From Phoronis australis (lineage: Eukaryota; Animalia; Phoronida): a DNA stretch of 37,151 nt. The stretch spans positions 1-37,151 of the forward strand of contig NMRA01001235.1 in assembly GCA_002633005.1 (NCBI GenBank), given 5' to 3'. Below are positions 22,663 to 35,400 of the stretch, piece by piece. Position 1 is the stretch's first letter, and each line of letters begins with the position of its first letter. The notes below the pieces were generated by a model. It was not told the DNA's origin, ran no database searches, and saw nothing but the letters and a program-made list of their open reading frames with translations. The position numbers and the translations under genes were made by a program.

Positions 22663-25600
22663 CTGTAAGAAACGAGAAAAAACTGTCAATAGAATGGTTA
22701 CACAAGTTTTACATTATACATGACAAAAAATACAAATCACAACTTCTGGAACTTTCTGTGAAATAATCTTCTCGACAATGTGGACCAACCTGACTCCTAC
22801 TGACTGAATGCTTCCGTGAAAAATTTGTTCACCTCTGTCGGTGTTCCCATAGACAACAACTACAAGGCCGAGGAGCATGGATTACACGACTTAAATGCAT
22901 GGAAAATTGATTGATAGTGAATTCCAGAAATTGCGATTGGTGATCTTTTCACATCTTGTTATTCACCAGAATGAATGATATTGTTCAACGTCTAAGCTTT
23001 AGATATGAAAAAATAGCAGTCGTCAGTTTAGAAGCAGGAACAAAAATTTGTTGAAGAGTGTTCACTGGCCTTTGTGGACATCCTTGGCCAAAAAATGTGT
23101 CATCTATATCCTTAAGTGGGTGACCACCTTAAGTGGGTGACCAATGGTCATCAAACGGCGATACTGTACACTCAAGTCCCATCACACATCTACATTTAAA
23201 CCCTGATACGCTGAAAACCTGTAAACTTGTGATTTTTCTCTCTGTAGAACTGAATCTATGCAAAATATTGGCCTAACTGGGTCTACCTAAAAAGTTGCTG
23301 ATTCCTGTAATAAAACATCCATTTTTACCCCCAAGCGACTGTGCGTTTCTCTGGATGTTTATTACCACAATAACGCCTCAATTATCACAGCTGCAATCAG
23401 TATGAACAACTACTGAGGCAAAATGTACACTGCTGGTGAGCTTAAAACTCCATAATCTGTCCANATGAGGTGAGACGTTTTAGTAAAATAAACGCCGGAA
23501 CCCAGGTTAACAAGGCCCTCGAGTTGCGGGCACTCAGACATGGAGTTGTTCTTCACAATAAAGTTGACCAAATGTTTGTCACATGACCAACCAAAGAAAA
23601 GCCTTGCTTCAGTATTAGCGCCGCATGTCTGGGAGAGGTGCCTCCGTTTCCTGTAAGAAACGAGAAAAAACTGTCAATAGAATGGTTACACAAGTTTTAC
23701 ATTATACATGACAAAAAATACAAATCACAACTTCTGGAACTTTCTGTGAAATAATCTTCTCGACAATGTGGACCAACCTGACTCCTTCTACTGACTGAAT
23801 GCTTCCGTGAAAAATTTGTTCACCTCTGTCGGTGTTCCTAAATAGACAACAACAACAAGGCCGAGGAGCATGGATCACACGACTTAAATGCATGGAAAAT
23901 TGATTGATAGTGAATTCCAGAAATTGCGATTGGTGATCTTTTCACATCTTGTTATTCACCAGAATGAATGATATTGTTCAACGTCTAAGCTTTAGGTATG
24001 AAAAAATAGCAGTCGTCAGTTTAGAAGCAGGAACAAAAATTTGTTGAAGAGTGTTCACTGGCCTTTGTGGACAACCTTGGCCAAAAAATGTGTCATCTGT
24101 ATCCTTAAGTGGGTGACCACCTTAAGTGGGTGACCAATGGTCATCAAACGGCGATACTGTACACTCAAGTCCCATCACACATCTACATTTAAACCCTGAT
24201 ACGCTGAAAACCTGTAAACTTGTGATTTTTCTCTCTGTAGAACTGAATCTATGCAAAATATTGTCCTAACTGGGTCTACCTAAAAGTTGCCGATTCCTGT
24301 ACTAAAACATCCATTTTTACCCCCAAGCGACTGTGCGTTTCTCTGGATGTTTATTACCACAATAACGCCTCAATTATTACAGCTGCAATCAGTATGAACA
24401 ACTACTGAGGCAAAATGTACACTGCTGGTGAGCTTAAAACTCCATAATCTGTCCAAATCAAACAATAAAGCAAAATATACCCGACTTAACAAAGCCACTA
24501 CCAGGCTGCATCACTAAAGGTCAAATAACCAGTCCTGACCTTAATTTTGAATGCATTTTGAAGCCACAACGATGTAATTTCAAAGGTCATAAGTTCACAG
24601 TATATGCACATTAATGAAGTGCAACAAAATTGTTATATCTCCCTTGATGATTTCCAGGAAATAAGACTTTGGATTCACTCAAGTTGTTGCTGTTCATAAA
24701 CCATTAATAGCCGATCAACATCATAAACTTTTTCGTTTTCTGCTGATACCAATCTCCATAATTTACTTAAACGTGGTACATTTTACTTAAAGGTGATACA
24801 TTTTACTTGAAGGTCATACATTTTACTTGAAGGTGATACATTGTACTTGAAGGTCGTAAATTTTCCAATCACACTAACGGGACGATTTTCTTAACTATAA
24901 ATTTAAACTTTGCCTTGAGCCTTTTCCTGGTCAAAAAAATGTCCACTGACATCCTGCTCCCATTTACCCATATTGTGAGCAATTAAGTGTTACCTGTCAT
25001 AATCTCTCCACAGTTGGCGGTTAGAGATCTTCTGAACTTCTCGTATTGTAACCATACCAGCCGGCATGGATTCATGAAACATGTCACGTATTTGCCCAAA
25101 CTCTTGCTGTTGCAACATAGAGAGAGTGGCACCTTCATCTCCATCATGGAACACAGGGTCAGGATAGCGTGATGTGAATGGAGCAGAGACAGTTGAGGCT
25201 GGAATGACCTGCTTGACTCTCGTGCTGACAGGATCTGCACTGGTCAGTAAAGAGGGACTGGTCAGTGAAGCTGAAGTGGCCAGTAAAGATGGACTAGTCA
25301 GTGAAGGTTGACTGGTAAAAGAAGGTGAACTGGTCAGTGAAACCTGCTTCAGAGCACCAACAATGCTTGGCTGAAACACGTCAGACGATTCCCCTCTGCA
25401 ACAGATATACATTCACTATAATAATTTGAAAACTATAATTTGATCACAGAACTAAAGTTGGTCAGCAAGTGTGAAGTTCACATGTTCTGCATTGTTGCAA
25501 GACAGAAACTATTAACACAGCAACTTTATAATTACTTGTCGCACTTTCATCTTCAGTGCCACTTTGGATCAAAGATAATTATAAAGTTGTGTTCAATTCT

Positions 25601-26444
25601 TGCTTAGTTAAAAAATAATGATTTATGATCAACCGTGGCATCAAAGAAAGAATATCTATAATCACTTATTATATACTAAATATATTTGTTCCCACTACCG
25701 TGTTTATACTTTGCCNCTATAATAATTTGAAAACTATAATTTGATCACAGAACTAAAGTTGGTCAGCAAGTGTGAAGTTCACATGTTCTGCAATGTTGCA
25801 AGACAGAAACTATTAACACAGCAACTTTATAATTACTTGTCGCACTTTCATCTTCAGTGCTACTTTGGATAAAAGATAATTATAAAGTTGTGTTCAATTC
25901 TTGCTTAGTTAAAAATAATGATTTATGATCAACCGTGGCATAAAAGAAGGAATATCTATAATCACTTCTTATATACTAAATATATTTGTTCCCACTACCA
26001 TGTTTATACTTTGCCTCCACCCCCACGTCACAGCCAACCCTCACCCTTCAATGCCCCACCCCCAAACTATACGTTCAGTCTCATCATGCAAATGCATGTA
26101 CCTTTTCACAGACAACATACAACTTGAATGTTTGGCTAAGTTCAGGTATATATACACACACCGTGACCTCTTACTCGCTTTCCCACTCCATTGCTACACC
26201 GTCACTCTCACCTTGCAAGCTCCTGTACCTCTTCAGGACTCACATACAGTGGTCGGCTGCGTATAGGCAGGCGTGTACCTGTCTCATCGTGCAAGAAGTA
26301 CATCTCCTCAAAGTTCACCTCATAGTGGTCGCCATCTGGTGAGCGGAACTTGTACTTTGCCTGACCCTCAGCATACTTCCTCTCCAACTCTTTCATAAAG
26401 GGACTACCTTCGTCTTCCTGTATTAATGACACTTGGGTAAGCGC

Positions 26445-26493
<49 letters not shown>

Positions 26494-29400
26494 TGGTTTA
26501 TGTCAACACAGAGCCTGGTTGAGTAGATAAAATTCAAAACAGCACCCCCTTTGAGATTATTTATTAATCGTTGCTATTTCACACATACTTGAATATGTGC
26601 CAATTCATTTCTCAGAAATTAACCTATCACAAGCTCAATCCCATGCAATAAGTCAACAAACAAACAATAAGTTTCACCCGATGTGCTGTTTGACTGGTAA
26701 AATGGCGGCATGGAAACGAAGGTGTGTCAAGGATGCAGCGTTCTGATTCATTCGTTAACCTGTCACTCAAAATCCTGGCGATGGTTCATTGGCTGTTCAG
26801 ATTCACATGAAACTTTAAGATATGATGCTGTTTCCTAAAACGCTATTATCAACTGCTTTTAAATGTTCTACTTTTGTATGTGGGGCTATCAAAAACTATA
26901 GGCATTTTATAATTCCCTAATTATATCAAACAAAATGAAATTTAACTTCTCCACTTCTCAAACTAAAACAAGAACAACACACAGGGTTGAAATATGCCCA
27001 TGACTTCAATGCGAACAATGAGCTTCTAGGTGTTTTTTATTAGTATCATAAAATGGCCACTAGATGGCGCAGAATACCTCAAAAGCATCCCAAAATGGGA
27101 AGATGTCGTAGCCTTTCGGCAAACAGAAAGCTATACTTGCTATATTTCATGCAAATCAGTAGTTGATTACAGAGGCGAACATGGAAAAACAAATTTCCAT
27201 TAGGAAAAAAGCGACAGTTCAAGAAGTCCATCTAATGGGAATACACTTTCCAGACTTCCAAAAGATCTTGCTTGGGGGCTTAAGGAGAACCGCAGATACA
27301 AAAACTTTCACCAGCGGGCAGCAGAGTGGTTGAATTTCCACAATGAGCCTCTTAACGGTTAGGCGAATACATAAGGAGATGACTCCAAAAAATAACAAAA
27401 CTGGCCACTAGGTGCATATCTTAAGAAATGAGCGTCTTCCTTGTTAGCGTATTATTCACAACAAAGGCAAACATAAAAACAAAAATTACAACAAAGGAGT
27501 ACAGCGGTAGTCAGAACAATCCAAAAGTCTTAGGCAACCATAGTCTCATTTATAGTACAACACTTGCAAAGTTTCACGAAGATCCTTCAAAGGAGATACA
27601 GAAGAGGATGTAAAAAAAAGACAAAATCACCACCTCCCCCGTCGGTACCAGAAAGATAGTCCTTGTGTAAACAGTTGAAAAAGTTACTTCCTTTAAGTGA
27701 CTCATTTGATTATACATGCAGATGCCAAAAACAAACTCGCAAAAATAAAAATGTCCACTAGGTGGTGGGAAAATACATCAGATCTGTACAAAAATGCAAG
27801 AGCAATGTCATCACCTTTACAGAAACCTATTTGCCAAATTTCAATCCAACAATCAACAGATATAGAGGCAAAATGAATGCAAGGAAAATAAAATTCCCAC
27901 TTGGGGGCACAGCCGTAGTCGGATTATTGATCTGAAACAGGTCATAACCCGTCGTCAGTTGACAGGAGCACATCCGCAAAATTTCACAGTGGGTTACGAA
28001 AACACAGCCATTGACTCAAAAATGCCACTAGGGGGCACCGAAGTAGTTAAACCTTTCCAAACATCAGTGTTATCTGTGGTCTTCTCATCAGAAACACATC
28101 TGGAGCCAAATGAATTTTTACAAAGAACTTTCGAGCAAATTGGCAGATAGAGAGGCGGCTGCCAAAAACAGACTAGAAACTTTCAAAAATCACCACTAGG
28201 TTGCGCAGAAAATGTCATATTGTTAGAAGACAGGACAGCATTATCGTTTCCTCAATAAAAAACCTATTTGCCAAGTTTCATGAAAATCCAATAACAATGA
28301 ACTCAGAAAATACACAAGAAAAAGTAAAAATATAAGAAACACACCAGTCGTTGGATTGATCTAAACATGTCAGGGCAGACACATGCTAAACTATGTGGGG
28401 CACGCATACTAATAACCAAACGCATAACAATGGGAATGTCTCCTTATATTTGGGGACTATTTTAGTTCAGAGGTTGTTTCCAGAATTTTAGAAAATCATG
28501 TCAAAAGAAGACACTTTAGTGTCCCTACATAGTAAAAATAGGTTTGATTTCAATCCAAAGTTTTGCAGATGATCTTGGCAAAGTAAAAAAAGATTTAAAT
28601 ATTTCTTTTAATTAACTCCCATTATCAAACCCATGATACAAAATATGCTTTTGTTTTCATAAATGAAACACTGTTTAGGGGTTCATTTACACTAATTCCA
28701 TTGCCACGCATGTGTTCTTAGAGACTCTCAACCTTTGACCCCTTCTACCAAGCAAAACAGATACGTTTGAAAACTTGGGATGACAGTGGGCCAAGTGCAC
28801 TATTGCAAAATATGATTTACAGTCACGACAAGGAACTTGGGGTTTACTAAACGTTTTTTGCAACAACATTAGTTGTATATGAAACAAATCAATAACTTCC
28901 TGTGCTGTCCATAGCTATTAGAAGATCAAGCTGAGCAGAGCTTCAGTTTTATGGACAATTCCACCAGGGTGTTAACGTTTGTTACAGTGTGACACACCGA
29001 CTACTCACACCTGCACCTGGCATGAGCAAGTCTGTATACTTCTGTATCAAGACATATTGAATGGGAAAGTGCTTCTATTAGCCACGATTGGGTGAATTTG
29101 AAAGGAACTTCACCGGATTTAAAAATTGGAATACTCCTGACACCAAAAGCAGCTTTTACCCTAGACAAGTACCACCATCTGAGCTTAGCCTGCACGGCTG
29201 GAGTAGGGCCACCATACGCTGAAAGCTTTCCAGAAAATATATGTCTCACAGTGACTAAGTCACCAACCTCATGTTGCTAGAAGTACCTTTACAGGTAAAC
29301 ATTGTAACCACAATCAACATTTTTTTAAAGTAGCCCTTCTCTCTGTCAAAGAAATGGAAGACTGAACGTTTTTGATGTGAATGTGCTCAGGGTGAAACAA

Positions 29401-32400
29401 CGGAAACGTAGAGGATTATGGAAGATCCCCCATCTCTTAGCCACGCGAGAGGCAGCAGCTCAGACAGGAACAAGATTGTCCACTTCTGTACTAAACAATG
29501 CTTATCTAAGCCAAACTTGAGAGGACTGATAAGAGTCAGGTAAACATTGTTAACTAAACAAGTTAGAAGAGGGTAGGACGAGCGCACGAGAATTGAAAAA
29601 CAGCACAAGATCAACAGCTGAAATTAAGTGGGGCAACACCATGTTGCAAAAATGGAGATGATCGTCATTAAACGAAACAGCAGCAGTGTTTCTGAGACGT
29701 CACCTTGAACGTTTATATCCAATAAACTGTGGTATTGGTATCGTTTTACTATGTACCTTGGTTTTGTGCAAAATTTTACTTCACGGACATAGCCACATGA
29801 CTTAATATATGTCAGATTGGAAAAATGTTAAAAATCAAATTCCACAGGATTAATTTCTGCTTTCACAAAATAAACACCTTGACTAAGTTAAACAAATTAA
29901 CCAGGAATTTCTTAAAGATTACATCACAGATATTAACGCAATGACCCATACACCTTGACTAAGTTAAACAAATTAACCAGGAATTTCTTAAAGATTACAT
30001 CACAGATATTAACACAATGACCCATACACCTTGACTAAGTTAAACAAATTAACAAGGAATTTCTTAAAGATTAGATCACAGATATTAACACAATGACCCA
30101 TACACCTTGACTAAGTTAAACAAATTAACCAGGAATTTCTTAAAGATTACATCACAAATAGTAACACAATGACCCTACGTCAAAGGTAAATAAAAGAATT
30201 AGATCTTATACTACAACTTTGATACCAACACGACATAAGTGTAACCCTACCCCTTTCCATTCGCCATTTGGCAATCCATAATACCAAAGCCAACGGGTCG
30301 AGAAGGGCGAGTTGTCTTTGTCTGGGTTGAAAGGAGGTGTTGACAAGTGACGGATTTCAAATACTTTTACTTCACCACTTCTTTTGTCACAACCAGTTAA
30401 CTCCATGGAATCAAAGGCAATTTTACAATCACCAAAGAAAGGAAGTGGTTCTCTAGAACACATTCAAACGGAAGAGTCAAACTTAGAGCAAGAAAGCAGA
30501 AAGTATCACATCATGGCGAATACATTTAGGGGCCAGTTAACTCACACCACAAGGTGTAACTGAACTCAAGGTAATTAGTTCCCATATTCAGATCCTGAAC
30601 CATTATGGAGATGAAACGCGCTGGTGAAGATATTCAGGCATGCATGACATCACTAATGGACATTAACAAAGTTGGATGGAACAGAGCAGTTTCAGAAGAA
30701 CAACAGTTCTTCACACAGCACGTAACATCAAACAAAGAAACATGAATCCAGCTCAACATCCAAATACTATAGCGGATTTGACTTATGACACATGCATAAT
30801 AATTAAAAAGATTTGAGTATTAATTATCACAACCTATAACCAGGATACAGCAAACAATTAAGTCACCTTTGAGACTCGGACTTGACAGGGAAAGTCAGGT
30901 TCAGTTTGAGAATGGCTGGATCGCAGAACTTCTGCTCCAGAACACAGCAGCAGTCTCCCTCAAACAGCTTCCAAATGCTCCTCTGATTCACTGTAGTCTT
31001 GTATTGCCAGTAGTATGGCAGTCCACAATGATGGTTGTGACAGTCAGGGGCACTGAAGAAAGCAAGAGAAGGAGTACAATAGTGATGCTTGTGACAGTCA
31101 GAGGCAATGGAGACAAACAAGGCAGTACATTAGGGATGGTTGAGGTGTGCAGACTTGGGGACGTTATATGTTCATAACTGAGGTGGCTATGTAAGTATCA
31201 TCAAGAGAGGACTGCACTTAAAGTCTTAGTAAAACAACTTTCCAGAGAACTTCACAAAATGTTCATACTCTGATCAGAAGATCGTAAAGCATTCTGACAA
31301 AGCTGTTTACATATTTTCGCTGTGATTCAAGAGCTTTCATTGTGTTGCACTCTACTAAACAGTCGAATCATTTAAACGTGCAGGTATTTTAGTTAAAATC
31401 CATAAGCACATAATCCTAAAATATGGCATAGCATCCTTTTAAGCAGAAAAAACAAACAAACAAACCAACAAACAGCAAATACACTCACCAACGCTTGTTA
31501 CTCAGAAAATCCACACAGATGTCTCTGAAGTCATCATCATCATACACACGAACTTCACAGTTATCGTCATCAGAGTCTGTGCCCTGCCGTTTCATGAATG
31601 ATGAGAAGCCACTGTCAGTAGAAATGTTACGATGAAGTTGACTCGTTTTGACACCTTTGGATGAGACCTTATCTTGAGGTGAAGCAAAGTTGTTGTCAAG
31701 ATTTGCAAACATCGAGTCTGTCACATCTGGTTTAGACACCTCAGCCTTTTTCTTTGTCTTTTTCATCTTCTCTTCTTTGGTGGCTGGAAGTTTCTCCTCT
31801 TTCTCCAAAGGTGGTGCTGGTGATGCTGACATAGCCACTTCTTTAACAAACGTGTTAAGTGAAGACGACATTGGTAGAATGATATGCTTGACAACTTTTG
31901 TTTCAACTTGGGCTAATCCAAACTTCTTCAAAACATTCATATTTGATTTGATGTTGAGATCGTGCCATTTGCCACATTTCACCTTTGACTTGCAAGTGCC
32001 GTCTACATAACCCTGACAGACATGTAGCTTTCTACAAGCCTCAGAACACGAATCTTCGTTATAGGCGGTGCATAGAGCCGGAAAAGAATGCGCGACGACA
32101 TACTTGAGATTAACCTTAGACATTCGGTCAAAGCCACGAGTACGGAGAAGCTTTCTTAGTTTGGCATCTTGAAAATCATGAGCTTTTGAACAAAGCTGAT
32201 CATGCTCCCTATCTCCAATGTAGTCGCGACAAACATGCAAAAACTTGCAGGTATCGACAGAACATCCAGCAGGTGAGTTGTAGTCTTTACACAACCAGAT
32301 AGGGAACTTCAAACAAATCTCCAGCTGTCTATCTGACAGGTAGCACACAAATTCATTAGTGTGATTAAGTAGCCAAGACTGAAAGTTGGATAAAGTGGTA

Positions 32401-35400
32401 AACAACTGCAGAACGGCAGGGTCCTCAACCAGCACAGAATAGGAGCAGAAACCACCGTGAGACAACAGCAGTTGCTTGATAGATGTCACTAGTGTTGCAT
32501 CACTCTGTTCCTCCACCACTGGTTCCGACGTGACACTCTCTGCATCTGAATCACTGCCACTGCCTAGGACAGAACTCGACAGACTCTCCATGCTGACGCC
32601 AGGCTTCAGCTCCTTTCGGACTCGAGGCCTACGCTTTGTCTTTTTTGCACTTGCACTGCTCAGTGGCATCTCCTGCTTCAAATCATGCCTTGGCGAAGTA
32701 CTATCCTCTGATTTCCATGTTACCAACACATTCACCCGCGTGTTTTCGTCTAAAGCGTCCTGGCTAAAACAGTACTCACTTCGCAGACGCATGCAGNAGC
32801 ACACAAATTCATGAGTGTGATTAAGTAGCCAAGACTGAAAGTTGGATAAAGTGGTAAACAACTGCAGAACGGCAGGGTCCTCAACCAGCACAGAATAGGA
32901 GCAGAAACCACCGTGAGACAGCAGCAGTTGCTTGATAGATGTCACTAGTGTTGCATCACTCTGTTCCTCCACCACTAGTTCCGACGTGACACTCTCTGCA
33001 TCTGAATCACTGCCACTGCCTAGGACAGAACTTGACAGACTCTCCATGCTGACGCCAGGCTTCAGCTTCTTTCGGACTCGAGGCCTGCGCTTTGTCTTTT
33101 TCGCACTTGCACTGCTCAGTGGCATCTCCTGCTTCAAATCATGCCTTGGCGAAGTACTATCCTCTGATTTCCATGTTACCAACACGTTCACCTGCATGTC
33201 TTCGTTTTCAGTGTCTGCCCTAAAACAGTACTCACTTCGCAGACGCATGCAGTTCTCATCATGATAACTGTGGTTCCTGCTACAGTTGGTCTCCCTACAA
33301 ATACCCAAGACAAACCAGCGACAGATATGGGCATTCCGACAGTTGGTCGACTGACTGCATCCAATAGGCTTATTGTAATATCTGCAGACAGTGAGAAAAC
33401 ATTGCCTGATGTACTCTACCATTTCATCGCTAGAGTTACTGATGATGGGCACCTTCCGCGCCTTCAACACCTTCTGGTTTTGAGGACTGTTGAATGTATG
33501 GCCTAGTTTGCAGGATTCAGTCTTGCATGAACCTCGCTCCAACCACATTTTGCATATGTGCAGATAACCACAGGTGGCGTTGTTACACTCGCCGTTGCTT
33601 TTTATGTAAGTGGCACACAGCTTCACTTGCCCTGGCTTTAAAGGTGGGTGACCATCAGAGGTGAGTTGTAAATCTGAAAATACAGTCAGTCATTCTCAGG
33701 AAAATTCAATACAACATACAGTAACACTCGCCTAAGTCACATGTGATCTATGCTTAATTCGTGGTAATAATTTTTAGTTTGTGCATTCAACCTTTCAGAT
33801 TAGTAAAAGCTAGCGCTCGACCCTTGGCTTGGCGCCAAGTCACCAAATGCAACTTGGCGGAAATCCCAGGTTTCCAAACAAAATCTGGCGTCACCAACAC
33901 TTACGTCAAAATTGTCATAGGCAAGACAAAGTGTTACCATAGCAAACTCAGCTAAGACAATAAAGGCCCTGTTACTCTAAAGCCATTCCCATGATGCCCG
34001 ACCCGTCTTAACATCTTGAAGAAACTGGTTGGACACTGGAAGATAAGCAGCTTTGGACAAAAACACGCCCCAAATGAGGCATAGTCTACGGAGGATCTTA
34101 TCCAATCTATGCCTGACAATCTTATTTGGTTTCAGTTCTTTGTTTCTGTTTTCAAGATCATATTGAGAACTATGTTGGTGCAATAGGGCGATAAGCTAAA
34201 AAATTCAACATGTGTTATTCTCTATATATCAAATGGAACAATGATGAAATACATTCTTCATTGTCTCCTAAAGTCATGTTAAGAATATATGATAGGTAAC
34301 TAGTTTGAACTCGTCCCCTAGTAAGTAAGATTGTAGGAATCAAAAACACACAATTATAAGCGAATAAGATACCATGCTATGAACATTCCCACTAAATAAA
34401 ATTGGTTCTAACCCCGGTGTTTAAGGTAAACGGCGGGGTATGGAAAATNAAGCCTGATAAGAGTGAAGGTGGATAAATGCGGTGTTCCTACAGTTTCTTG
34501 TTTTAGTGGATGTGTTCACGACATGCTATATTGAAGCAGACACTTGATGTTGGTATAATTGAAAAATGAGACTAAACTACAGTGATTTAACAAATCGTTT
34601 TTACTGATAGGTGGCACCACAAGATTACATATATTTAAAAAAAAATGGCACAATGCAGAGCTCAACATTAACTTTTGAAGACACTTGCCCTTTGTCTAGG
34701 CTTCCTTGTTTGGACATTTTTCCAAAGTGCAGACGATCAGTAGCATCACGTGACACCTTATTTTAAAACCCATTACATGCTTACTAGAGCTCGTTGAGAG
34801 AATCGAAAGAATTTGACCGCGGACATCAGCAGCGCATGCAGCATAGCACTCATTCAATTTTTCTTACAGTGGTCATTCAAAGATACAAGTCTGTTTGGAG
34901 GCCACGTGGGATTTATCGATGGCATTGAGGTTTGTGTCAGGTTATTTACTTTGGAGCAGCAGTTGTGCAGCCTATCAGAGGATCTATTTGTCTACAATGA
35001 GCTTTTTAACTTGCCCATTGGTCAGGTACTTTTCAAATTCCACTCGCTCAACGTAAAAGCTACATGTACTCGGGCAACCTGGCAACCCTTAGTGTTGAGC
35101 CCTGCAATATCTGCACTTGTTCTATTGCTCTACCTGATGTCCACTTACCTTGCACACTGTGGTACTTTCTGATTAAGTTAGACACTGGTGCAGTCTTGGG
35201 CATCTCGTCAACAACTCCGACGACAAGCACAGAGCCAAAGATGGTGTTCATCGCTTTAGTCGTGTCAATATGATACTTGGCTAGAAGTGCCCCCGTGTGG
35301 GGGTCGGAAAAATTATGGCACTTGCCACATGCCTTGGGCGACTGGCAGGTGCCCAAGGCGAAATTGGCACAGACGTGGAGGCGAGGGCATGAGTGGTTGG

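Noticed and set aside
23465-23650. Mutually exclusive alternative PARP exon
   Set aside because: Truncated exactly at an n with no donor site; the same pattern occurs at other contig joins.
26208-26212. ZAP-S-like short isoform by read-through to TGA after WWE2
   Set aside because: Phase-2 gtga/gtaa donors give stops by chance (also at other exons), and I found no nearby intronic polyA signal.
29874-30175. Regularly spaced repeats as a CRISPR array (also 35477-35701)
   Set aside because: Head-to-tail units without unique spacers, no cas genes, eukaryotic intron context.
31690-33506. Plus-strand ORFs over the large exon (also 21960-22142 and 35064-35273)
   Set aside because: Antisense shadows of the real coding strand.
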